Shown here: in pieces, positions 32,587 to 45,020 of the stretch
Position numbering within the stretch: position 1 is the stretch's first letter
Layout: every line of letters begins with the position of its first letter
Assembly (NCBI GenBank): GCA_029953675.1
Contig: JAMWBK010000010.1
Location: 1 to 64,000 of the forward strand
DNA length: 64,000 nt
Reading direction: 5' to 3'
DNA from: Rhodosorus marinus CCMP1338
Taxonomy: Eukaryota > Plantae > Rhodophyta
The notes under the pieces: generated by a model
The model's input: only the letters and a program-made list of their open reading frames with translations
What the model was told of the DNA's origin: nothing
Database searches by the model: none
Position numbers and translations under genes: made by a program

Positions 32587-34950
32587 ATGTTTGGTCATCT
32601 CCACACCTTGACATCTAACTTGGGACAGTCCCACGCGGAACAGTCACCTATGGGACAACCCGACTTGGGACAATCGAACTCGGGGACAGCAGTGGGACAG
32701 CCTGTGGGACAGGAGAACCCAGAATTCCCACCACTCGGACAGACACAGCTGCCACCTAGGGGTACATATGCACAACGGGCAGCTAAAGCCGCAGGTATGC
32801 GCCAGCAGACGACTCTCCGACAACACACTGCGCTGCGCCAACTGCATGCGACGGTAGGAGGCAGTAGATGGGGCCCGGAAACCCATCCGGTATTGGCACC
32901 CTGCGGAATGTTAGGCCGCCTCGCACGGAGCAGGTGGCGCTGTCAGACTACAAGAAGGTCCTCTGCACGGCGGAATATTAGGCCGCCTCGCACGGAGCAA
33001 GTGGCGCTATCAGACTACAAGAAGGTCCTCTGCACGACCTGGGACTCCTGGTACACTTGATCGCGCATATTGATTTTGTGGCCACACACGCGCTGCTCAT
33101 CTGCCACCCGGATGTCATCCCACTCCTCAGTAGTGCACTCGCGAGGGGAGTCTGAGTCTTCCGCACCGGAGTTTTGGCATCGTTCGCACAGCGGCGTCAC
33201 GACCACCAAGTGACGCTGCAGATGAGTCTCAAGCCCGAACCCCACAACCTGCTCGGGTACAACGAGAGACTCGGCCTGCGCCCGGAAGCAGTCGCATCAC
33301 GGGCTCTCGCCCGCGCTATTGAGCAGGTGGAACGAATCAAGCGCACGATGAATATGCGGGCTCTTCCGTTCACAACATCTGCCTCGATACATGCGTGTCT
33401 GGACGCACGACTGGAATATCTTAGCGCGGTACCCGTGGAGAGCGCGGAACCCCCAGTGCCTGCAGCCGCCACGAACGCAGACCCTGAAGCCTCGTCCCTT
33501 ACAGGGGACGCACAGGCAGGCCGTGGGACAGTCGATGCTCCGGGTAATCCCCTAGCGACTTCACAAGTACCTGAAGAATTCCCACCCGAGGATAACTCTC
33601 ACCCAGAGCTCCCCGTGCAAGCTCCCCGAGCCTCCTCAACACAAGCGGTCGGGAGTATCCATTGATGGCACAGGTCAGGATACCGAGATGGCTCTGGCAG
33701 TCGTAGAGACTCCACAGGGCAACACTGCACCACAGGCCGACCACACCGCCACCCATCACGCGATGGACACGCAGGACGGCCAGGAACGCGAACAGATATG
33801 AGTACAGGTGACTCCCGGAAGAGACTGCGCATTACACCGTTGACCACATTCGACCCAGGGACATTGCAGCACAAATTGATAGAGTTCCTGGAGACGCACA
33901 CCGATGGGGGACAAGGTTGGTGGAAAGTTACCCACAGTCCAGTACGGACCCGGGAACATGCGTCGAATGCCCAGGTCAAGAAATGGAACACGCTTCTATA
34001 CCAAACCTTCGGACTTGCCCTCGACACTGATGCTGATCCACTTCTTCGCGCTTTCATCATGGTATGACCAGGTCTCGCCCTCGGAAAGTGCGATCTCCAG
34101 CCAGGAGTGCAAGTTGAACATCTCATGGAAGGGGAATTTTCACAAGTATGGACGACACTCAACGTGAAGGCAGCGTGCCGACCTACGGCACGATCGCGAC
34201 GCTCTGATTGCCAGGGGGTAAAACGTCGCAATGCGCAAGTAATTCGGTTGGCCAACATTGGGAGACTTTCCGCCGCAGCCCAGAGACTTGAGGAAACGGA
34301 TCTCGCCCCTCTGAAAACATCTACCAGGCAGGCTCTCCGAGAGCTTTTCCCCGCTGAGCCAACCGCACGGCTACACGAGGAAGTGGAATTGGAGCTCCGA
34401 CGTATCCGCGAACAAGCCACCACACAACCTCCACGATGTGGAACCCCGCAGCAGCGAGCGACGAGTCCCTTCTCTCTGTGATCAACCGACTTCCAGCCAA
34501 AACGAGCCCCGGGCCCAGCGGACTGCGAGCAGAGCATCTCCACGCCGTTACACCTGCGAATAAGCCCAGATTGGTTGAATTCCTGCGACTCCTAGCGAGG
34601 AACCCTGAGTCGTTCCCGTCCATACTTCGGAAGGCCCTTCGCAGCAACGGTTGCTTCCGTTTATTAAACCACAAGCAGAAGGAGTGGCCGCTGAGAGACG
34701 CCTCCGACTGAGACCGATTGCCGTTCCAGAAGTTCTGGGGTTAGTTGGCTGCCCAGTGGGTACTTGGCGCAACCCCGGTCGACTGAGCGACCTCCTCTGA
34801 CCGGAACAGCTGGGGATCGCCGTTCGAAGCGGATGCGAACAACCCTTACACGCGGTACACGGCCATCTCTATTACGAACCACAACACGCCTTGCTAAAAC
34901 TGGACCTGGAGAATGAATTCAATAGGATTGACAGACGTCTGTCGGCGCAA
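32587..34950 (+). mobile_element. Diverged family T member (T2): ORF1 and 5' half of ORF2, degenerate and 3'-truncated
   Basis: LRQLHATVGGSRWGPETHPVL and HHAMDTQ match T ORF1. WKVTHSPVRTR..AQVKKW, RLANIGRLSAAA, PGPSGLRAEHL and LKLDLENEFNRIDRR match T ORF2. ATGA stop-start at 33798-33801. Confidence 0.82.
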
Positions 34951-34974
34951 GTCACCGCGGCTTCGTTTCCAGAA

Positions 34975-37900
34975 AGCAGAGTGGTTAACCACAGGTGCGA
35001 GAGATGGCCTCCCATGCCGCGAATCCGAGCGGCGGTGATAGGCGGTGCGAGGGGAGAGTTGAGCAAGATTGCGTGAGCGGCACTGTGTTGGCCCCAGGTG
35101 AAGAAGCTCCACAATCGGCTCAGACCTGGGTAATCTGCAACAGGTAATCTGGGGCAAGCTTCTCCCTCATCGGCAAGAACTATGTCAATGGGTGAGCCCT
35201 CAATCGCCTCAGTTCGTCTCTATAGCAGTTCCTGCCAGGAGCGAAAACGGGATCGATTCTCGTCCGGCACGGCGTTGCACTTCCCGAACGCCTGTTGTAG
35301 ACCATCATAGATCGTCAAAAGCTGGAGCGAAAGGGTCACTGGGTCCTCGCTAGTCAGTGCTGGAGCCAAAAGGGAGGCAAATTGTATCCGGAAAGTCACC
35401 AGGGTACGGAGCGCGGTTGCCCAGGAGGCGACCGCCGTGAGCGAGCAGACGAGGCCCCGATCTGCGACACCAAATCCCCCTAAGCGCAACGGTAGAGCGA
35501 GCTGGCACGAACTAAGTCCCTGTCGGGAGCCGCTTCAAGATCGAGGGGTTCATCCACGAGCGTGCCCCAGTGGTTCAGCGTCATCTCGTGGGCCTTGGCG
35601 GCGATCCACGAACCCCATTCGGGTGGTAGGCTACGCAACAAGTAGTTCAGTGGGGGACCGGGCACAAAAGCGGGAAAGCAAGCAGGCCGATTGCAGCATG
35701 CTGTCTGGAAGGCGCCTAGTGGCGTCAGCGAGCTGCTTGTGGCGAGTCAAAACTTGTTCGCGAGAGGCTTGGACGAAGTTATTGCCTCCCGAAACCGACG
35801 CCGTGGTGCTCCAACCCTTCCCGTTCACCAATGGTTCGTAGATTAGATGACAGAGAGGCCATCGAAACTTCGAAACTTCACTTGGAGCGAGAAAACGACA
35901 CTTTTCGGGTTCCACGTCAGACCTACTCCACGTGCAATCGCTTCGATCTGGGTCAACCCCCGAGCCAGGGTTTCAGGGGCGCCCAGTAAGGTCACGTCGT
36001 CGTGATAGGCGTAGATACGAAGAGCCGGCACCTCAGTCGCGAGACGCAGGAGAACGAGCTGCAAGGCATGAAGTAAAGACCCACAAGGATTGCCTTGTTT
36101 GACTCCAGTATGTGCTTGGAAAACAGTGCCCTCCCTGGTGCAGTAGGGGAGGCTCCCCTTTCCGGAAAGACCAGAGAGGAAGGGCCACGCCTCCGGAAAA
36201 ACCCGTTCGGATCACCTCCAACGCATGCGTCCGCGAGACGCTGTTGAATGCGTTTCGAAAATCAACCACCAAAACTCCCCACTCCGGCCTACAGGCACGC
36301 TCCAGCTCGATCCCATGGGTGATCATTTCGCAACCCCCCGAAAATCCCACCCCCACTTGCAAGGGCGCCATAAAAGCTGTGACCCGCTGGCGAAGGCGCT
36401 GGCATAGCCACCTTCCAGCTAGCTCCGTAGGCTCTCGACCATACCGATCGGCCGGAGACGCGGGTGGGCCGGCTGATGGCCAGTCTTCGTGAGCAAGCAA
36501 AGTTGTGCCCTTCGGAGATGTTCCAATGGGGCAGACGCACCCGATGTGCCCTGGAACAGTTTGCCCAGGATCTTGAGCAGCGCGCTCCGGCCAGGCTTGC
36601 CCAAGGCCTGCAAAAATTCGGCTCGAAGCCCTGAGGGTCCAGGAAAGCGTCCACGACGCGAAGTACGAAGCAAATCCTCCAGATCAGACTCGTCGAGACT
36701 CAGGTCGATTGAAACCGGGACAACTCCGGACGACCCAAGAATGCCTCGAATTCGGGTAGCAAGTCCACGTCGGACGAGGGGAGCAAAGCTGACACGGTCT
36801 GGGCGAGACTTTGTTTGTAGGGAAGGACAGGCGCCTGGCCCTCCAGAACTCGCGCCGCTCGACTCAAGTCGCCCACCGCCACCAATTTCTGTACTCGAGC
36901 CGTCAGGGGCGAGACGCTTCCAACCCCCGTCCGACGAACGGATGGTTCCAACGACGGCAAGTAGCTTTGTTGAAACACCTCGAGTTCCCCCTTCAGGAAT
37001 ATGGCAAGCCAATCTCGGACACGCCATCTGCGCTCCGGCGTGTGAGTTGGGGCCAGAGTCAGGCGCGGCATGACCCCCAGAAATTCCCACATGACGGTGT
37101 CCCGAAGGTTACTCGCCAGACTCGTGAAGATGAAGTCCAGGATGGTCCCAGCCACTAAGAGCTCGCCGCGAGGTAGGTCGACAGGCGGAATTCTGCCACG
37201 GAGGGGAAGCAAGCCTCCTTCCAAAGATATCCAACGCCGGAGCCATCTTCGTAGACGCGTACGCCAAATGCCCTAGTCTCCGCCCTCCTTCACGACGTAA
37301 GACTGCAAATCCATCGGCTGCGACCTTGCAGCCGTACCCGGGCAGCTAATCGTGCTTCTCCCCCTTAGACCCGGGGGAGTAGGTCCTCGCACGTTTTCCG
37401 TTAACCTCACCAGAGTGGTCAGCCGCTCACTCCGCGAGGCTCGCGGATAGCTCCCTCGGGCTTCAAAAAAGTAATAGGGGCGTTCTCCACCGACATGCCC
37501 TCATTCTGCTCCCCGTCCTCACCACTCTCACTGGAAGCGTTGTTGGTTGCAAAGCCCTCTAATAACCCCCAGCCTCTGTAACTCCGCCGTGTGACTCGAG
37601 CTCAGCACAAGGCGCCTCTCCCGGTCGAAAAGGGTGGAGACGGCTGCACGCAGGTGGCGTGGCCCCGACGCGAAACGCTCCAAAAGTATACGCTCAATGC
37701 GGTGAATGCGTAGCCAATGGATGGCTGCGGCTTTCACGCTGGTCTCGTGCTGAGAGAGTCCTGCCGTTTCTCCGGGAGACAGGAAGGTGCCCGAGAAACG
37801 GTCAAAGTCAAAGTGCAGAACGACCTGGGGATGAGACCGCAACCAGCCGGGCACTCTCAGGACATTGCTCGGTAGACTTGGCCAGTAGAGCCTGCAGGTA

Positions 37901-38920
37901 CGTGGCCGTTGTTGCAGTGACCACGAAAAGAAGAACATCCCGGCCCTCGTAGTTCGCAAAAAGGAAGTCGTCTCGGACACGGCCCCAAGGACTCCGCGAA
38001 AGTATTCCGGAAATCACGCATGGATGGGACCTGGCCCCGTGTAGTCTAAAGCCGAACGTTTCGCACCCGAAGGAATTGCAAAGTAGTCGCATCAGGTCCG
38101 CCCTGCTGCTCGCGAGAGGGCAAAACTTTTTGCATAGCCGCCGTACGGGCGGCTGTGGTACCCTTCCGTAAAACCGAGGCGTACGACACGCCCCCCTTAG
38201 GGCCACCACGTGTCCCCGCCTTGTCCTGGAGCTGTCCCCCACCTGAGGGCTGGCCCAGCATAGGAAAGTCCGCTCCCGTTGAGGGGACGTGCAAAGGAGT
38301 AGAGCTAGCTGCACCCCTCCCCGAAGAGGCGCCACTCGAGGGACCACCAACAGCGGGCTCAGCAGCCCGCCCCTGTTCGGGGACAGTCGCAGAGTGACTG
38401 ACCCCTTGATTTTGACTGCCTCGCGGCCGCGTAGCCACCGTGGCCACCGTGTCAGATTTTAGAGCAAGCGCCAGGAGGCTGGATTCCAGCAAACCAAGGC
38501 GTTGGGTCAGCTGCGGCAGGACGCCCTTATCCCCCGCGGCGGTGGTTAGACTGGTGACGGCTGGCATTAGGGCTCGCATCTCCATACCAGTGGCGCCCTG
38601 CAGCTCCACCTGCGTAGAGAAAAGGCCCGAACTTAGACACACCCGGTGCCCAACCCCCAAGGACGCCTCGTTGCCAAGGAGCTCCGCTCCCGAGGGAGCA
38701 GGGCGCGAGGGTACCCCTACCATCATGAGAGAATTTAGTGACGATACTTTAACCACCAATTCCCCCGCCGAAAAAGCACACCACCCAACTCCACAGGAGA
38801 AAAATCCCCGTCGCGACCCAACACCAGAAGGTGAATGACCCGACTACCAACCACAAAACCCGAAAAAACGGGGGGAAAGCCGGCAGAGAGAAGCGACTTG
38901 ACACGCAAAACTACCAAAAA
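34975..38920 (-). mobile_element. Degenerate family A copy with 5' UTR, ORF1 and broken ORF2
   Basis: ORF1 N-terminus 38046-38759, RT motifs 35600-37300, A-poor 5' leader 38730-38915. Confidence 0.82.
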
Positions 38921-38974
38921 ATTGGTTTTTACTAGCTTAGGGCAATGTTAGTAAACCAGTTCCAGCTTTTCATT

Positions 38975-39900
38975 GGCCTTATTAGCATAGCCTAAAGCGC
39001 TACGCAAAGCGTGAAAAGGAACTAAGAACTAGGTAGGGAAGCGTCCAAACCCAGGCGCCGATGGCGCACCTCGACAAGCACGCTGCTCGAATATCGCCAC
39101 AGAGAGACACGTAAACGCCGCAAAAGTTCCAAGTATTCAACAGGATGCTCAGTGAAACATTTCCGCAACCACTCCAAACCCGACTTCTCCACGTGACCAA
39201 AAGTTTCCACACTGAAAGGCTGGAACCGGTGGGAGCGACCCTCAGCGCGAGGCAGATTGGCCATACTCTCAGCATACCGTCGTTCCTTCACTCGGCGAAG
39301 GGCCGAAGCAGCTGCTCCCCGGCGGCGTGCGGCAGCCGGGAGATGGGCGCTTGCCACAGGGCATGTAATCGCGAGGTCAACATATGCTGAGCGCCTGGCG
39401 GCAGCATCGGAGACGAGGAGATCTGCGATATAGCGGGGCGGTGCCCTATTCGAGACCGATCTGGGCAGTTCCGAATCCACCTCAACCGTATGCCCTACCC
39501 GAGTCAAACATTTGCTGAGAATGTACTTATAGCGAGTGTGACGCCTCGTAAGAAGACCTCTCAACAGTCCGCAGGAACCTAAGAAATAATAACCACAAGC
39601 ATCGATCCGAATCTCACATCCCTGACAGAAAGGCGGTCCATTAGAGTGCCGCGGAGCTTGTGGCAAACACAGGTAAATCCGTGCGGCAGAGCGAAACTGG
39701 CAGGCATCGAGACGGTGACCCAGTGAGGACGGCAGGGTCGTTCAACCACAAATGTGATAGATGGTCTCCCATGCCGCGGAGGCGAGCGGCGGTGGTAGGC
39801 GGTGTGAGGGGAGAGTTGAGCAAGATTGCGTGAGCAATCTTGCTGCACTGTGTTGGCCCCCAGGTGAGGCTACGTTGAACCACATCAGTGCGCGAGGCAG
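38975..39900 (-). mobile_element. Family A 3' fragment (RLE plus UTR)
   Basis: ORF 39022-39666 with RLE motifs. Confidence 0.85.
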
Positions 39901-39904
39901 CTCC

Positions 39905-42900
39905 ACAGTTTTTACTGGCTTTATTGGACTTTACTAGCATAGCCTGAAGCGCTACGCAAGGCGTGAAGATGAACTAATAACTAGGGAGGGAAGCATGCAA
40001 CCCCAGGCGCCGATGGCGCGCCTCGGAAAGCATGTCGCTGGAATATCGCCAAAGGGAGACACTTAAACGCCTCAAGAGCGCCAAATATTCAGTAGGATGC
40101 TCAGCAAAACATTTCCGCAACCACTCTAAACCCGACTTATCCACGTGACCAAAGCTTTCCACAATGAATGGCTGGAACCGGTGATAGCGACCCTCAGCGC
40201 AAGGCAGACTGGCCATGTTCTCAGCATACCGTCGTTCCTTAACTCTTCGAAGGGCTGAAGCCGCGGCCCCCCGGCGGCGGGCGGCTGCGGTGAGGTGGGG
40301 GCTGGCCACGGGGCAGGTAATCGCAGGGTCCACATATGTTGAGCGTCTGGCAGCAGCGTCGGAGACGAGGAGATCGGCTATACAACGGGGCGGTGCAGAG
40401 TCCGAGATTGATCTGGGCAGTTCCGACTCAACCTCAACCGTATGCCCTATCCGAGTCAAAAATTCGCTGAGGATGTACTTGAGGCGAGTGTGACGCCTCG
40501 TACGGAGACCTCTCAACAGTCCGCAGGAACCCAGGAAATGGTAGCCACAAGCGTCAATCCGGCTCTCACATCCCTGACAGAAAGACGGCCGATTAGAGTG
40601 CCACGGAGCCTGTGGCAAACCGAGATAGATCCGTGCGGCAGAACGGAACTGGAAAGCATCGAGACGATGACTCAATGACGACGGTAGAGTGGTTAACCAC
40701 AAGTGCGAGAGGTGGCCTCCCATGCCGCGGAGACGAGCGGCAGTGGTAGGCGGCGTGAGAGGAGAATTGAGCATGACTGTGTGAGCGGCACTGTGTTGGC
40801 CCCAGGTGAGGCTATGTTGAATCACATCAGTGCGGGAGCTCCACAATCGGCTCAAACCCGGGTAGTCTGCGATAGGTGACCCGGGGCTGGCCTCTCCGTC
40901 ATCGGCAAGAACTCGGTCGAGGGGAGAATCCTCAATCGATTCAGCTCGTCCCCATAACAGCTCCTTCCAGGAACGAAAGCGGGACCGATTTGCGTCCGGC
41001 AAGGCGTTGCACCTCCTGAACGCGTGTTGAAGACCATCATAAATTGTCAAAAGCGGGGTGGCAGGGTCACTGGATCCTCGTTGGTCAAAGCTCAAGCCAA
41101 GAGGCTTGCACTTCGCATCTGGAAGGTCACCAACGTTCGCAGCGCGGTAGCCCAGGAGGCAACCGCCGCTGGCGAGCATACCAGCCCACGGTCTGCGACG
41201 CCGAATCCCCCTAATCGCAACGGTAGAGCGATCTGTGCACGAATCAAGTCCCTGTCGGGAGCAGCTTCAAGATCGAGGGGCTCATCCAAGAGCGTTCCCC
41301 AGTGTTGCAGGGTCATCTCGTCGGCTTTAGCCGCGAACCACGAGCCCCAAGCTGGAGGCAGGCTGCGCAACCAGTAGTTGAGTCTGGGACCGGCACAAAA
41401 GCGGGAAAGCAAACAGGCCGATTGCAGCATTCTGTCGGGTAGGTGCTCAATGGCGTCGGTGAGTTGCTTGTGCCGTGCCAAAACTCGCTCGCAGGATGCT
41501 TGGACAAACTTGTCAGTCCCCAATCCGACGCCGTAGTGTTCGAACCCTTCACGTTCGCTGATTAGTCGCAGAGTGGGTGGCAGAGAGGCCAGCGACACGT
41601 CCCTCGGGGGGAGAAAGCGACATTTTTCCGTCTCCACAGTCAAACCGACGCGACGTGCAATCGCTTCGATCTCGGTCAGCCCCCTAGCCAGGGTGTCAGG
41701 GGTGCCCAGCAATGTTACGTCATCGTGGTACGCGCAGATTCGAAGATCCGAGACCTCAGTCGAAAGACGTAAAAGTACGAGCTGTAGGGCACAGGCATGA
41801 AGAAGAGGTCCGCAAGGGTCGCCTTGTTGGACGCCAGTATGTGCTTGAAAAACAGTGCCCTCCGTTGTCAAGTAGGGGAGGCTCTCCCCTCCGTAAACAC
41901 CCGATAGAAACGGCCACGCCTCCGGAAACACCCGTCGGAGCACCTCTAGCGCATGCGTCCGCGACACGCTGTTGAATGCGTTCCGGAAATCAACCACCAA
42001 GACTCCCCACTCCGGCCTACTGGCGCGTTCTAGCTCGATCCCATGGGTGATCAGTTCGCAAACCCCCGAAAATCCCACCCCTACTTGCAAGGGCGCCATA
42101 AAAGCTGTGACTCGCTGGCGAAGGCGCTGGCATAGCCACCTCCCGGCTAACTTCCGTAGGCTCTCCACCATCCCGATCGGCCGAGACGCGGGTGGGCCGG
42201 CTGGTCGTCAGGTTTCGTGAGCAAGCAAAGCTGTGCCTGCCGGAGATGTTCCCATGGCGCAGACGCACCCGATACGCCCTGGAACAACTTGCTAAGGATC
42301 CTCAGAAGCGCGCTCTGGCCAGGCTGGCTCAGGGCCTGCAATAGCTCTGTTCTTAGTCCGGAGGGTCCGGGACAGCGTCCCCGACGCGAGGTACGAAGCA
42401 AATCCTCCAGGTCAGACTCACTGAGCGTCAGATCGATGCGAAACCTGGCCAACTCCGGACGGTCCAAGAATACCTCGAATTCAGGGGACAAGTCCACGTC
42501 GGACTCGGGGAAAGCTGCGCTGTAGTACTTCGAAGTCTCCCTTCAAGAACAGGGCCAGTCGGTCTCGTACTCGCCATCTGCGCTCCGATGTGTGAATGGG
42601 GGCCAGAATCAGGCGCGGCATGACCCCCAGAAAAACCCAAATGACTGTGTCCCGAATGTTGCGAGCCAGGCTCGTGAAGATGAAATCGAGAATGGTTCCA
42701 GCTACTAGAAGGTCTCCACGAGGGAGGACGACTGGGGGAATGCCCCCACGGAGGGGAAGCGAGCCTCCTTCCAAAGAAATCCACCGCCGGAGCCAACTCC
42801 GAAAACGCGTACGCCAAATGCCCCAGTCTCCGCCCTCCTTCAGGACATAGCACTGTAGATCCATAGGATGCGACCTCGCAGCCGTGCCTGGAGCGCTAAT

Positions 42901-44560
42901 CGTGCTTCTCCCCCTTAGACCCGGGGGAGTCGGTCCTCGCTCTCTTACCTCCTATCCGCACCAAAGTCGTGAGCCGCCCACTCCGCGAGGCTCGCGGAAC
43001 GGATCCCGCGGGCTTCAGCAAAGTAACCTGGGCGTCCTCCACCGCCATGCCCTCAGTCTGCTTCCCTGCCTCACCACTCTCGCTGGAAGTGGTGCTGGAA
43101 GCAGAGCCCTCCAAAATCCCCAACCGCTGCAGCTCTGTCTTGTAGCGCGAAGTCAGCACAAGTCGCCTCTCCAGATCGAAGAAGCTGGACACCGCCATGC
43201 GCAGGTGACGAGGGCCCGACCGGAACCGCTCCAACAAGATCCTCTCAAGGCGCTGAATCCGTAGCCAATGGATCGCTGCCGCCTTCACGCTGCTCTCATG
43301 CTCAGAGAGCCCTGCCGTTTCTCCCGGAGACAGGAAATTGCCCGAGAAACGGTCAAAATCCAAGTGCAAAACCACCTGCGGGTTGCAGCGCAGCCACCGG
43401 GCGCTCTCAGGCCACTGCTCGGTAGGCTTCGCCAGCAAGGCCTCCAGGTACTTGGCGGCGGTTGCGGAGACCAAAAACAGCACATCGCGGCCCTCATAGT
43501 TTGCGAAGAAGAAATCACCCCGGCTGCACCCTAACGATTCCGCAAAAGTGTCCCGGAAGTCTCGCATAGACGGAACCTGGCCTCGTGTAGTCTGGGGCCG
43601 GACATTTCGCCCCCACAGAAATTGGAGAGTGGTCTCCACAGGTCCATCCTGAGGCTCGCGAGATGGTAGGAAACGGAGCATAGCCGCCGGACGTGTGGCA
43701 GTGGTGCCCTTCCGCAAGACTGAGGCGTACGAAGCCCCCCCCTTGCGGCCACCACGTGCCCCCGCAGTAGCCCGGAGCTGGTGACCACCTGAGGGCTGGT
43801 CGAAGAGAGGGAAGTCCACAGCTGCAGTCTCCTCCACACCGGTTGCCGCACAGTCACCACCACCATTGCCTCGAGTCCCCGAGCGCTGAAGCGCGTTTTG
43901 GCCCGGCCTGCCGCTCCCCAACGTCGTGCTGTCCCGCGCAGAAGCAACCGCCCTCGCCTGTCCCGGGACAGGTTCATGTTGATTGACCTGATGTTGACTG
44001 CCTTCAGCCAACGCTGCCACTCTGGGGCAATTCAAATTCTCGTCCGAATTTGAATTTGACCTGGCCAGCAATCCCGATTCCAGCCCACCTAGCTTCTGGG
44101 TGAGCTGAGGGAGCACTCCACGATCACTCGCAGCCGTGATCAGGCTGGCGACAGCGGAGATAAGTGCACGCGCCTGGGTGCCAGAAGCGCCTTCCAAGTC
44201 AACCTCGGAAGAAAACGTGCCGCAGCTGAGGCGAACACGGAGTCCCCCACCTGGCAGTGCCTCCTTGGGAGGAGGCTCCGTCGAGCGCGGAGATATCCCT
44301 ACCATCCTGAGGGAATGCGCAAAGGAAACGTTGCACCACCAATGTGAAACCGCACCGAGACAATAATCGACCAAACCCAACCCAAATAGGAAAGGCCCCG
44401 CAACACACCCACCCGGAAGACAGAAGTAGTTGCAAATGCAAACGACGCACCGCGGAAAATCGAGGGGAAGGCGTACCAGAGGAAGCGCTTCCCGTAAACG
44501 AACACGCTCGCGACCGAAAAAGAAACAAAACCCCAATCCTCAGCCAGACCACAATACTCT
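39905..44560 (-). mobile_element. Longest family A (A1) copy: 5' UTR, intact ORF1, ORF2 with an internal deletion near 42510 and a TGA at 41092
   Basis: Nearly identical by eye to 12877-16335 over the shared length. Tail AGTAAAGTCC-AATAAAGCC-AGTAAAAA at 39910-39937. Confidence 0.9.
42896..44305 (-). CDS. Family A ORF1 (469 aa), candidate RNA-binding/chaperone protein
   Basis: First ATG (MVGISPRSTEP) at 44305. SYASVLRKG then FLWGRNVRPQTT..RDFRDTFAESLG. The basic C-terminus ends 31 nt before the ORF2 ATG. Confidence 0.8.
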   Translation of the reverse strand: MVGISPRSTEPPPKEALPGGGLRVRLSCGTFSSEVDLEGASGTQARALISAVASLITAASDRGVLPQLTQKLGGLESGLLARSNSNSDENLNCPRVAALAEGSQHQVNQHEPVPGQARAVASARDSTTLGSGRPGQNALQRSGTRGNGGGDCAATGVEETAAVDFPLFDQPSGGHQLRATAGARGGRKGGASYASVLRKGTTATRPAAMLRFLPSREPQDGPVETTLQFLWGRNVRPQTTRGQVPSMRDFRDTFAESLGCSRGDFFFANYEGRDVLFLVSATAAKYLEALLAKPTEQWPESARWLRCNPQVVLHLDFDRFSGNFLSPGETAGLSEHESSVKAAAIHWLRIQRLERILLERFRSGPRHLRMAVSSFFDLERRLVLTSRYKTELQRLGILEGSASSTTSSESGEAGKQTEGMAVEDAQVTLLKPAGSVPRASRSGRLTTLVRIGGKRARTDSPGSKGEKHD

Positions 44561-45020
44561 AGCGCTGAAAGTAAAACTGAAGTGCTAGGATGGCATTTGT
44601 ATCAGCAACTCTGACAAAGTCCTCCTGGTGAGGGAGTCGCTTCGATTGTACACGTTTGCTAACACTCCTCAAAGTGACGCCCTTTGTTTAGGATTCTCAG
44701 CTTGGCTCGGTCTGTTGAATTTCGTCGTTTCTAGCGCCTTCTTGAGTATATCCGTGACTTGCTCCTGGGTTGGGATGAATAGGAACTCGTGGCTTCTAGG
44801 TCGTGTCGCTGTCGTGAAAATTGGTACTGAAATTCAATATGCTTAGGCAGCGGCTTTTCCAGGTCTATGCTCCAGGTGAGAGGCAGTGTTGTCTGAGAAG
44901 ACCACATCGATCTCCGCCAGTAAGTTCTTCACCCACTGTACTTTCTGAAGTCCGTACGTCAGGGCAATATATTCTGCTTGGCTTGATGAAGTCGCGATGA
45001 TTTTCTGCTTCTTGCTAATG

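Noticed and set aside
33599-34543. 314-aa minus-strand ORF and many similar overlapping ORFs in the track
   Set aside because: Antisense or alternative frames of GC-rich retrotransposon coding sequence.
44306-44536. N-terminal extension of A ORF1 from an upstream TTG
   Set aside because: It lies in the G/U-rich leader and is not conserved in other A copies; the first ATG is at 44305.
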